A stretch of 64,000 nt of DNA from an uncultured Poribacteria bacterium. Lineage in GTDB: Bacteria; Poribacteria; WGA-4E; WGA-3G. The notes under the pieces are model-generated. The model was given only the letters and a program-made list of their open reading frames with translations, was not told the DNA's origin and did not search any database. The stretch covers positions 4,000,001 through 4,064,000 of the forward strand of contig OX638351.1 of NCBI GenBank assembly GCA_951813565.1. The letters are read 5' to 3'. A program made the position numbers and the translations under genes. Position 1 is the stretch's first letter; every line of letters starts with the position of its first letter. Shown one piece after another: positions 50,921-60,228 of the stretch.

Positions 50921-51937
50921 TCATACACCATCTGTAATCAACTCTTCATTATAGGCAAACAAAGCAGGCGTTCCGCCAGTATGTAGGAATATAACAGTAT
51001 CGCTTGAATCAAATTTACCTTGTTTGATATGGTCTATTAGGCATGCCATTGCCTTAGCAGTATAAACTGGATCAAGAATTATACCTTCCGTGCTTGCTAC
51101 CAATTTGAGAGCGGAGATACACTCAGGAGTTAGATATCCATAAGCGTCCCCAATGTAATCATCGGTATTTTGGATATCAGAATCGTTGATTTGGATATTA
51201 AGTTTTAAGATAGAAGCCGCAAGATTTGCAGCATCGCGTATCCGATCGATCTTACCTTCCCAATGGATAGGCGCGCAGGCAAAAGGTTTTAATTTTATTC
51301 CAAGTGCTTTAGTACCAAGCACCAAACCTGCTTGAGTTCCACCTACCGAAGCGGTATAGATCCAATCAGCATCAATCCCGATTTGTGTTTGCTGTTCATG
51401 AATTTCAGCGATGCACCATGTAAATGCAACTGCTGCGAGTGCAGTGGAGCGAGGCGAGGCAATAACATAAGGTTTTAATCCGTCTGCTTTCAATTTCTCA
51501 GCAAGTTCGAATTTGAACTCCTCTAATTCTGGACCAAACGGAATATCGACAACTTCAACATCCGCACCTGCCAAATGGTCTAACAAAAGATTACCTTGCA
51601 CGATACTTTTATGATCGCGTGCGAGGCGTAGATAGCAGTTCAACCCAAGCTTACTACAAGCTGCGGCAGCTTGTCGACAATGGTTTGATTGCGAAGCGGC
51701 TCCCTGTATAATCGTATCCGCCCCTTGATCCACACCTTCACCGATTGTAAAAGTCAATTGTCTAACCTTATTTCCACCAAACGCTAATCCAGAACAATCT
51801 TCACGTTTTATGAAGATGCGTGGACCACCAAGTGCTTCAGATAGGCGCGGACATTCTTCAAAAGGAGTGGGAAAATGCCCTATATTAACTTGTGGGATTT
51901 GGGCGATACGTTGAAGTAGGTTTTGTCTGGTTATCAC
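50921..51937 (-). CDS. D-cysteine desulfhydrase / ACC deaminase family PLP enzyme
   Basis: KREDCSGLAFGGNKVR, QSNH, LDPVYTAK and FLHTGG. Confidence 0.9.
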   Translation of the reverse strand: MITRQNLLQRIAQIPQVNIGHFPTPFEECPRLSEALGGPRIFIKREDCSGLAFGGNKVRQLTFTIGEGVDQGADTIIQGAASQSNHCRQAAAACSKLGLNCYLRLARDHKSIVQGNLLLDHLAGADVEVVDIPFGPELEEFKFELAEKLKADGLKPYVIASPRSTALAAVAFTWCIAEIHEQQTQIGIDADWIYTASVGGTQAGLVLGTKALGIKLKPFACAPIHWEGKIDRIRDAANLAASILKLNIQINDSDIQNTDDYIGDAYGYLTPECISALKLVASTEGIILDPVYTAKAMACLIDHIKQGKFDSSDTVIFLHTGGTPALFAYNEELITDGV

Positions 51938-51940
51938 ATC

Positions 51941-53626
51941 CTACTCCGCTTGAACCACGACAGCATTTTGGATAACCCTTTCTCCGTCTTTTGATTGCAA
52001 ACCTGGTGAGACAACCTCAACGATTGTATCGGATTCAAATTCGCCGCTGCGTTTCTCTTTGAGTTCATGATACTGAGGAGAGAATTTCGTTTTACCTGGC
52101 TCAATCGGCATTAACTCATAATCAACCAAATCAAGAAACCAGTTTAACCTTGATTGTACCATGTTGAGCGAACTGAACTCAGCAACATTTGGAAAGATTT
52201 TATCTCGTATAAACTCAACCAAAAACTTTTTGAATGCTGGGATTTTAACTTTTTCGGCATGCTTCTGTTCCAAGGCAGCCAACTTTTCAGAAAAACGTTG
52301 GAGGTAAGTATCACAGTCTTTCTGAATATCCATCAAATCTTTGTCGGTTGATGCAGTTCTATCGGGAAAGAGGGTAGGTGCTGGCGCCTTAATACCTCTT
52401 GTGTGTTTTAGAGTTTGCTTGAGTTCATTCTCAATAGTCTCAAGAGATTTGGCGAGAGTGTCTTTAGTTGTGTTTCCTTTTTTTGCAGCCTTTTTCCATT
52501 CATTTACCTCATTGACCATTAGATTCAGGAGTAGAACAGCAGTCTGTTGTTCATTCAGCGCTTCTATGTCCCAATTTTCAAGTGAAATCCCACATCCATT
52601 GTTGTAGTCGCTTTCTAATTTTTCCAAAGTAGCATGAAATTTGTCATATAAGTGTCGGTTTTGCTGCACATAATATTCCTTTTTCTTAGGGAGAGTGAAT
52701 CCGAATGTACCCGCTAATTGTCCAAATAATCCATCTTTTTTCCCATTAGATTTTGATGTAGAGGTAGCACGCGGCGGTATAAAAGTCGCTTGCTTCTTAG
52801 ATGCACTTTTTGGTAATGATGGCACTTTGATTTTAAATTGTAGTTCGGAATTTACGCTCGGAATGTAATGACCTATATATTGTGTTTTTCGTTTTGGATT
52901 CTTAACATGTTCATTACTGGAGCCGGATTTTGGTGGGATAGGTGCTACCTCAGGCTTTTCTTCCAGTGTCGTTTCACCCGGTATATATTCCTGTTGTACT
53001 CTGTGGTTTCCATCTCCGTTTGGAGTCACATCTATGTCTTGTAGTTCTAATGATGTGGGCTCATGAAACTCTGGTATTGTATTGTGTTCAACATCAATAT
53101 TTTCCTCAAAGTCCGGATTTTCAGGGGTCTGCAGGTTTGATAGTGTCGTTGCTACTTCAGATTTTTGTTGTGATGTTTTATCATACAACCCATTTTCTTG
53201 TTCGTAGGTTTGATGGTTAAACTCGTCTTTTTGCACTTGTTCAACTTCGGGATATAGAGGCGTCTGTAGTTCTGCCTCGTATGCCGAACTTTTTGGCTGA
53301 TTATCCATCAATCGTTGGTTTTGAATCTGCTTTAATTCTTCTAATATTTTTTCAGTATAAGTTGAAATTGGTTCATGATTGTCAACGTAAAATGCCAATT
53401 TGTGTGACTGAATTACCTCAACAGGGACTACAACCTCTTGTGTTTGTCTCGATAGTTGAAAAGCGGTCCAATTTACGCGTCCACTGAGTGGCTGCTGTTG
53501 GAACATCACGCGTAAACGTCTACCGTCTTCAGCTTTATTTAAAACACTCATGACAATATGGGGGCCGTTATATGTAAAACTTACCTCAATATCCCGAAAA
53601 CTACCAGTTACACTGCTTGCTGCCAT
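51941..53626 (-). CDS. large hypothetical protein with C-terminal GrpE-like domain
   Basis: C-terminus FSPQYHE...TIVEVVSPGL...VIQNAVVV; long low-complexity central region. Confidence 0.6.
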   Translation of the reverse strand: MAASSVTGSFRDIEVSFTYNGPHIVMSVLNKAEDGRRLRVMFQQQPLSGRVNWTAFQLSRQTQEVVVPVEVIQSHKLAFYVDNHEPISTYTEKILEELKQIQNQRLMDNQPKSSAYEAELQTPLYPEVEQVQKDEFNHQTYEQENGLYDKTSQQKSEVATTLSNLQTPENPDFEENIDVEHNTIPEFHEPTSLELQDIDVTPNGDGNHRVQQEYIPGETTLEEKPEVAPIPPKSGSSNEHVKNPKRKTQYIGHYIPSVNSELQFKIKVPSLPKSASKKQATFIPPRATSTSKSNGKKDGLFGQLAGTFGFTLPKKKEYYVQQNRHLYDKFHATLEKLESDYNNGCGISLENWDIEALNEQQTAVLLLNLMVNEVNEWKKAAKKGNTTKDTLAKSLETIENELKQTLKHTRGIKAPAPTLFPDRTASTDKDLMDIQKDCDTYLQRFSEKLAALEQKHAEKVKIPAFKKFLVEFIRDKIFPNVAEFSSLNMVQSRLNWFLDLVDYELMPIEPGKTKFSPQYHELKEKRSGEFESDTIVEVVSPGLQSKDGERVIQNAVVVQAE

Positions 53627-53993
53627 CCCTAAGTCTCCTTTTGCAAGAACTGCATTCGCAAAATGAATTTGGTATCTACCTATTACTATATGCGATTTTA
53701 AGAGGGGTCCGAACGGTGTACTAACCTACCCAAGTGTGTGCTATAGAACCGTTCGGACATTAAGGAATACAAACGCTATAAGTGCCCATATCATGTTGGC
53801 AACTTACGCTGAGAATACATTATGGAAACAGAACATTTGCGTATCGCATTCCATCTCTATTTATACATTTTAACGTTTGCAATTAATTATGGGTTACAGA
53901 AACGCTTTTATAAGAAATATATTTATTAGAGTTTTTGAAGTAGAAAAAGTGAAGTGAAGGGTGTCTTTATCCTTTTAATCTCAGCAAGGGGCA

Positions 53994-56900
53994 TTAATGC
54001 TGTATAACCATTTTCCGAGTGGCTGAAAAATTGCCCGCAGTGAGCGTATAAAAATAGATACCGCTCGCAACAGGTTCACCCAATTCATTTCGTCCATTCC
54101 AATGGACAGTATGTTTCCCTGATCGTTTATAACCGAGAAATTGATTGGACACTAAACGGCCATTTGCATCATGGATTGAGAGCGTGACTTGCGTGTCTTT
54201 AGCAAGTGAGTAGGGAATCCAAGTTTCGGGGTTAAACGGGTTGGGGAAGTTTTGGAAAAGTTGATTGTGGACAACTATTGTGGAAAGTGTTGGTTGATAT
54301 CGTTCATTGTGTTCTGGTTCTTCTACTGCAAGGTTCAAAAGGTGTGTGTTGACACGAAAGACACTGAGTTGGTATAGATCGGTGACATATAGTGCAGAGC
54401 CAGAGACTGCAATGTCAGTTGGTGACTGTAGTCGTGAATAGCGTGCGCTGAGACGCATCGTGCGCGAGTCGATAATTTGAAGCGTATCACTATCAAGCAA
54501 ATAGAGATAATGTCCCTGAATCGCTGCAGCAATAGGCAGTTGCGTTTCAACATAGCTTGCTAACAGCGTAAGCTGCTGAGGGTCTTTCCCATCTAATTTT
54601 AAAACACCTTGATGGCTATCCAAGACATATACAAATTCACCAGCAAGACATACATTTGTTGCTGTGCCTTCTGTAGTGAAGTGAGCAATTGGATGGGGAA
54701 GTGCTGGTTCAGAAATATCTAAAATGTGGACGCCACCTTCAAGTGCAGCAACATAAGCGTTTGAGGTGTTAAAATCAATTTTATATGCACTACCTATGAA
54801 CTCGCGTTGGGAAACAATTTGACTGCGTTTCGGTTCGCTAATGTCAACTACAATAAGAGACTTCGCACATAGATAAGCATAATCGTCAATTATCGCAATT
54901 CCCCAAACAGGGTTTGTAGTGTTTATATGTGTGAGAGTTTTTCCTGTTTCCAGCTCAACAATTTCCATTCCCACATCCGTGCCAACGAAGGCGTGTTCCT
55001 TCTCAATCTGAACACTTAGCACTCCTTGATCACTTGAAAAAGCGCGGATATCTTGCGTAATTTTACCGTTGTAAGAATCAGTCATTTCAGCTATTTTTAA
55101 TCCGCTGGTGCCGTTTGCTATAGCAATGGTAGTTTTATCACCGTCGCTGCTTACATCAAGCCCATAAGCAATGCCGCTTGCATTATAGTGATTTATCCAG
55201 ATTGGAATGTCAGGCTTTGTAACATCAAGAGTTTGTATACCCCCTTTTCCATCTGCAATATATGCATAAGTTGTCTTCTCTGCAGCCGAATACCGTAGTG
55301 CGATATCTTGTGCATTGCCAACAGTAGGATGCGATGAAATCAAGCGTGGAGTATTTGGATTATTCACATTAATAATGTGAAGACCGGACTGCTCATCTGT
55401 CAGGTAAAGTGCCCCTTCGTAGAACTTCACCCCTGAAGTCAAACCCGGTGTATTCACCTGCGAAATTGGTTCTGGTATTATAAGGGGACCGATATTCAGA
55501 ATGCGTAGATCACTGGAAATGGTGAGCGCATATTTTCCAAAAATCTCAAAATCAAGTGCAAGCAATGGAACAGTGCCCGTAACCGTAAATCCGCCAAGCG
55601 GGTCCGGAGTCAAAATGTATAATCCCCGTGCATTATCGCTTAAATAGATGGTTCCTTCATCATTTGTTGAGACTTTAAAAGGGGTTCCTGCTGTTTTAAA
55701 AGTTCTTCGCGGATGTGGATTTTCACTGTTGAGTACATCCTGTTCTGTGAAGACCAAGAGTCCACGAACTGCATCAAGTGCGTATAGGTTTCCGTTTGCT
55801 AAATGTACATCGCGTGCATCTTGAAACCCTCCAAGTGTTTTGACAATGCGGGGCAAAGTTGGTGGATTGACTTCAATAAGATGTACTCCTGATTCACCAT
55901 CTGCAATATAAACAACATCTCCATCAATGGCGATGGCTTGCGCGTTCCCCGGTGTCGCAATTTCACCTATCCGTGTCGGTGAAGGGTTTAATGTAAAAAT
56001 TTCAAGTCCCCAATCGCTTGTAGCAAAAGCATTTTCTTCTTGAATAACAATCTTGTTATAGTTGCTTGAGAGATGGATTTGGGTCATCGGTTCTAATTTT
56101 GTGGAGTGATTCGATGGGATTAAGGAAGTTCCCAAACGGCGTCCTAAACTTATCGGTTGCGAATTATTACCAGAGAGATGCGTTACTGAGTTAGGATACA
56201 AAAGGTATCGAGATTGTTCTATATTCCTTTGGGATATGTTTGTCGATTCTCCTATATCAATTCCTGCATCTCCTGTGCCAGACTTAGCAATATATTGAAA
56301 CGTTTGGGGATATTCGGAGGTGACGATTAACAGAATCTGTGCCTCACGATTTAAATTATCAATTTCGATCTTGTGCGTATGAGGTGTAGCTGCAGCATTC
56401 GGTTCTGATACGGGCGGAATGGGTTTGATAACTGAAAGGTTCGTATTCGGTGCAAGATATGCTATGTTGGCGTACAGGCGTGCTTGTGAGTCTGCTTGTA
56501 GCATGAGTTCAATGTTTTCAGGCAGATTTTGAAAGAGAACATACTGTGTTCCCCAACTATCAATTGTAACTTCGTCAGAAGTTGTTGGATAACGTGTAAT
56601 GCGTGGGGTCTGTGCTGTAATTTTTCGATTGGGCAGGTTCAGATAACTAAAGGGTTTTCCTCGCCTGGGATCGTTTAACCAATTTGCAATTCCCCAATTG
56701 AAGAATGCATCAACGAAATGTCTGTTTTCCCCTAAAGTTACGTCAATAGCGGACAGACCAAGTGTATCTTCCGCGGCAAGTTGGCGAATAAAGTTAATAC
56801 CTCCGTAGTTTTCATAGAGGTAAAGGAGAAGCATAAACGCCGCGCCATAATAGATATCCGTATTATTGGCAGTCGTTAGTGACATAGTAGGGTTAGCGAG

Positions 56901-57659
56901 GTAATTATCAACGAATAGTGTGTGGACTGTCCCATAGATACCCCATTCTGTAAAGGACGCAATGCCTTCCTCTAACCAACGCTGATCGCTTGTGCCACCA
57001 TTCTGATACCAATTAATAAGATGTGCAAATTCGTGTGTAAGACTACTATAGAAGGTATGCCGAGAACGTTCTTTGAACTGGAATATATCCATATAGAGCA
57101 TATCGCGGCGATTACTCGTTGGGTATGTGGGATGCTGGTCGGTAGGAGAGAAATAGCCACCGTAATCCCGTCCTGAAGCGTTCATGCCGACATCGTGGAA
57201 TAAGATAGTTATTCTGTTGTCGCGGTCTAAACCGGGTTGAAGTTCTGAACCAATCCAGTGATGTACTTTAGGATAAATATTCGTGTCAAACGTATTGGCA
57301 ACTGCAACTGCCTCGTTTTTAGTAAGCATATCCGAAACAGTGTTTTCGATGTAAATATAACAGTGCACGCCTACTGCAACACAGGTGGCTTTGACAGACG
57401 TTTCAGGAATGTGAATAAAAAATCGGTCTATTTGTCCTAATTTTGCAGGTGCTGCGGGTGCTGCCAAAACCCTCTCAGCGTTTGTCGACTTAAAATCTTG
57501 AATTAACGGTGAGTTTTCAATTAACAACGGAGTACCGCACTTCCAAGGATCCGCGTGAAGAACGGAAGCAAAACTACAGAACCATGCAAGAAAAGAAATT
57601 ATACAGGCTATCGCAAAATTTCGTCGTATTAAGGGGTGAGTGTATAAAGCTTTTGACAT
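53994..57659 (-). CDS. secreted zinc metallopeptidase-domain protein with LVIVD repeats and FlgD-Ig/Por-like C-terminal tail
   Basis: Signal peptide, HEFAH...WLEEG, repeated AYIADG/LDV..P units and NFPNPFNPETWIPY...TRKMVIQH. Confidence 0.82.
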   Translation of the reverse strand: MSKALYTHPLIRRNFAIACIISFLAWFCSFASVLHADPWKCGTPLLIENSPLIQDFKSTNAERVLAAPAAPAKLGQIDRFFIHIPETSVKATCVAVGVHCYIYIENTVSDMLTKNEAVAVANTFDTNIYPKVHHWIGSELQPGLDRDNRITILFHDVGMNASGRDYGGYFSPTDQHPTYPTSNRRDMLYMDIFQFKERSRHTFYSSLTHEFAHLINWYQNGGTSDQRWLEEGIASFTEWGIYGTVHTLFVDNYLANPTMSLTTANNTDIYYGAAFMLLLYLYENYGGINFIRQLAAEDTLGLSAIDVTLGENRHFVDAFFNWGIANWLNDPRRGKPFSYLNLPNRKITAQTPRITRYPTTSDEVTIDSWGTQYVLFQNLPENIELMLQADSQARLYANIAYLAPNTNLSVIKPIPPVSEPNAAATPHTHKIEIDNLNREAQILLIVTSEYPQTFQYIAKSGTGDAGIDIGESTNISQRNIEQSRYLLYPNSVTHLSGNNSQPISLGRRLGTSLIPSNHSTKLEPMTQIHLSSNYNKIVIQEENAFATSDWGLEIFTLNPSPTRIGEIATPGNAQAIAIDGDVVYIADGESGVHLIEVNPPTLPRIVKTLGGFQDARDVHLANGNLYALDAVRGLLVFTEQDVLNSENPHPRRTFKTAGTPFKVSTNDEGTIYLSDNARGLYILTPDPLGGFTVTGTVPLLALDFEIFGKYALTISSDLRILNIGPLIIPEPISQVNTPGLTSGVKFYEGALYLTDEQSGLHIINVNNPNTPRLISSHPTVGNAQDIALRYSAAEKTTYAYIADGKGGIQTLDVTKPDIPIWINHYNASGIAYGLDVSSDGDKTTIAIANGTSGLKIAEMTDSYNGKITQDIRAFSSDQGVLSVQIEKEHAFVGTDVGMEIVELETGKTLTHINTTNPVWGIAIIDDYAYLCAKSLIVVDISEPKRSQIVSQREFIGSAYKIDFNTSNAYVAALEGGVHILDISEPALPHPIAHFTTEGTATNVCLAGEFVYVLDSHQGVLKLDGKDPQQLTLLASYVETQLPIAAAIQGHYLYLLDSDTLQIIDSRTMRLSARYSRLQSPTDIAVSGSALYVTDLYQLSVFRVNTHLLNLAVEEPEHNERYQPTLSTIVVHNQLFQNFPNPFNPETWIPYSLAKDTQVTLSIHDANGRLVSNQFLGYKRSGKHTVHWNGRNELGEPVASGIYFYTLTAGNFSATRKMVIQH

Positions 57660-57729
57660 TAGGAGCCCAAATTCCTTATAATGGGTATTATTTTTTTCTT
57701 GTTTTAGCTATGATCAAATATATAAAACT

Positions 57730-58149
57730 ATGAAACCTTTTGAATACATTGAACATACTGCAGATGCGGGAATGCGTGTTAGTGGAAAAACGTTACACTC
57801 TCTCTTTAATCATGCCGCACAGGGGGTATTTGAAATGATTGCTGTTGTGGACACAATTGATGAAACCTTATCAATTGACGTTGACATTGTGGCTGAATCT
57901 GTTGAAATGTTATTTGTTAAATGGTTAGATGAATTAATTTTCAGACACGAAACAGATGAGATTTTCTTTAAGCGATCGAATATTCGGAGTATCAGTACTA
58001 CAGAACTGTCTGCTCAGGTGTTTGGCGAACCCACAAATTTCGACAAACATATCGTTTATACAGAAATTAAGGCTGTAACCTATCATCAGTTATATGTAAT
58101 TCAAAATCCCAACGGTATTTGGGAAGCGCAAGTTATTTTTGATTTATAA
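57730..58149 (+). CDS. archease
   Basis: FEYIEHTAD, WLDELIF, EIKAVTYH and terminal FDL. Confidence 0.93.
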   Translation: MKPFEYIEHTADAGMRVSGKTLHSLFNHAAQGVFEMIAVVDTIDETLSIDVDIVAESVEMLFVKWLDELIFRHETDEIFFKRSNIRSISTTELSAQVFGEPTNFDKHIVYTEIKAVTYHQLYVIQNPNGIWEAQVIFDL

Positions 58150-58183
58150 TTGATCTTGTGGAAAGCAAATAACACATTAGGTT

Positions 58184-59962
58184 TTACAACTTTTCTTTTA
58201 CGAGAATCACCTGATTCGGTTTGACATCTTCAAATTTATTTATTTTTCCACTGGGCCAAAACACCTCAATAGTTTCAATAATCTCGTCTTTTTTTATTCC
58301 GAAGATTGCTGTCAGTTCGCTTTGAGAACAGTAACTTGAACCACTTTTAACAGTTTGCGTTTGTGTGCCAGTGGCGGAAGTAATTCGGATGCGTGCGCCT
58401 ATACCGTTACGGTTACTCAATCGTCCAAGAAGTTGTATTTTAATCCAACTGTTGCGGTTGCCACCATCATTACGGTATAGATGCACTTGCCCATTGGATG
58501 TGGTAACAAGTATATCTAAATCCCCGTCATTATCTATGTCACCGTAGGCTGCACCTCTCCCGACAATCGGTTTTGCTAAATCTGGCCCTACCTCGTGAAG
58601 AACATCAGTGAACTTTCCATCGGAGACATTGTGAAATAGGTGTGGTCGTTGTGCGTATGTAACTTCACTCTGGACGATGTTTATGTCAGTTTCGACATGC
58701 CCGTTTGCCGTAAAGATATCCAAATGTCCATCTAAGTCAAAATCGAAAAAAAAGCAGCCAAAGGTAAGCGTCAATAAAGTTGCCTTTCCGAGTTGGGCAA
58801 CTGGTGCATCGTCAAGAAAAAAATCACCTTCGTCGTGGTAAAGATTCAACATTTCATTGGAAAAATTACCGACGATGAGGCTTTCTCTACCACTACGGTT
58901 GTAGTCAGCGGCATCAACACCCATTGCACCGGTGGCAACGCCGCTTTCATTATACGCTACGCCAGCCAGCATCCCGACTTCAATGAAAGTGCCATCGCCA
59001 TTGTTTTGATAGAGTTTATTCGGTTGTGTGTCATTTGCTTCAAAGATGTCGGGTAAACCATCTTGGTTGTGGTCCAAGATGCAAACACCTAATGATTTAC
59101 TTGAGGAGTCGCTTATACCTGATATACCAGAGACATCCAGAAATGTGCCATCGCCGCGATTTCGAAAAAGTTTACTCGCTTGACCAGTATATGATTCGGG
59201 CGTACAATAGGATTTGTTTTTACCATCAAGAGTGCAGAAAATGTCTGTCTCTATACTCCACTCAACGTAGTTTGCCACATATATGTCGAGGTGTCCATCC
59301 AGATCATAATCGAACCATGCACAACTTGTTCCAAAACCTTGATTATCAATTCCTGCGGTTTCAGTCACATCCAGAAATGTGCCATCTCCCTTGTTTTGAA
59401 ATAATTTGTCAGCATTCAGGCAACTCAGATAAATGTCATTATCTCCATCGTTATCGTAATCCGCTATTGCAACGCCCATACCGTAGAGTGGAATATCTAA
59501 GCCTGCATCTTCGGTAACATCGCTGAAGCTACCATCCTGATTGTTGCGATAGAGTGCTAAGGTTTGTCGCTTTCCAGTTGAGTGTCCTTTCCAGTCTTTT
59601 CCATTAACGAGAAGGATGTCCTGCCACCCATCTGCATTGTAGTCAAAGAATGCACAACCTGATCCCATTGTTTCTGGTAAATATTTCTTCCCGAATGCTC
59701 CATTATTATGGACGAAGTCTATCCCCGCTGCTTGAGTGATTTCAGTGAATTTGGGCAGTGGATTTGCAGATACGCTCGCAATTGTAAGAAAACAATAAAG
59801 CAGCACTATAATACCATTTCTAAATAATAGCTTCTCATTAACAAAAATGCGTTTGTAGTCGCGCAATTTATTGCGCCTCGGACATTCATCTAAAAATTTG
59901 TTACACAATCTCATAAATGGGAGTTTCTTTATTGGAATTGGTATAACTTTCAATTTTTTCAT
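58184..59962 (-). CDS. CRTAC1-family protein (FG-GAP/VCBS repeats + ASPIC/UnbV); true start probably downstream of 59962
   Basis: DYNADGWQD/DYDNDGDND repeats and a C-terminal ASPIC-UnbV segment. The first ~40 predicted residues overlap a REP at ~59855. Confidence 0.85.
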   Translation of the reverse strand: MKKLKVIPIPIKKLPFMRLCNKFLDECPRRNKLRDYKRIFVNEKLLFRNGIIVLLYCFLTIASVSANPLPKFTEITQAAGIDFVHNNGAFGKKYLPETMGSGCAFFDYNADGWQDILLVNGKDWKGHSTGKRQTLALYRNNQDGSFSDVTEDAGLDIPLYGMGVAIADYDNDGDNDIYLSCLNADKLFQNKGDGTFLDVTETAGIDNQGFGTSCAWFDYDLDGHLDIYVANYVEWSIETDIFCTLDGKNKSYCTPESYTGQASKLFRNRGDGTFLDVSGISGISDSSSKSLGVCILDHNQDGLPDIFEANDTQPNKLYQNNGDGTFIEVGMLAGVAYNESGVATGAMGVDAADYNRSGRESLIVGNFSNEMLNLYHDEGDFFLDDAPVAQLGKATLLTLTFGCFFFDFDLDGHLDIFTANGHVETDINIVQSEVTYAQRPHLFHNVSDGKFTDVLHEVGPDLAKPIVGRGAAYGDIDNDGDLDILVTTSNGQVHLYRNDGGNRNSWIKIQLLGRLSNRNGIGARIRITSATGTQTQTVKSGSSYCSQSELTAIFGIKKDEIIETIEVFWPSGKINKFEDVKPNQVILVKEKL

Positions 59963-59989
59963 TAAGGACTCTGAAAACGGTTATTTTAA

Positions 59990-60154
59990 TAGGACTTACG
60001 CAATTTTCACGGTTTTTCCAATAATTATGACTCAAATGATGTAATTTTCAGCAGAATTCAGAGTTCTCAGCGCGTTTACAAAACGCCAAATCAAGAAATC
60101 AACGGTATGAATGCCATTTAGACATTCCCGCCTACCGTTTGTGCGTAAGCCCTG
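59990..60154. mobile_element. MITE with the IS701-element TIRs
   Basis: AGGACTTACGCA ... TGCGTAAGCCCTG; contains a REP split by a micro-element (60087-60129). Confidence 0.7.
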
Positions 60155-60228
60155 TTTAAGTAGATGAAAGGGTTTATACCATTTCTATGTGATTTATACA
60201 GAAAACAGGTATGATATGGTATTATACC

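Noticed and set aside
53707..53758. 11-bp stem as a riboswitch or terminator
   Set aside because: There is no U-tract and no recognisable aptamer motif; noted only as a hairpin.
59840..59962. N-terminal extension of the CRTAC1 ORF as real coding sequence
   Set aside because: It overlaps a REP palindrome and precedes the signal-peptide-like segment, so it is probably an over-extended start.
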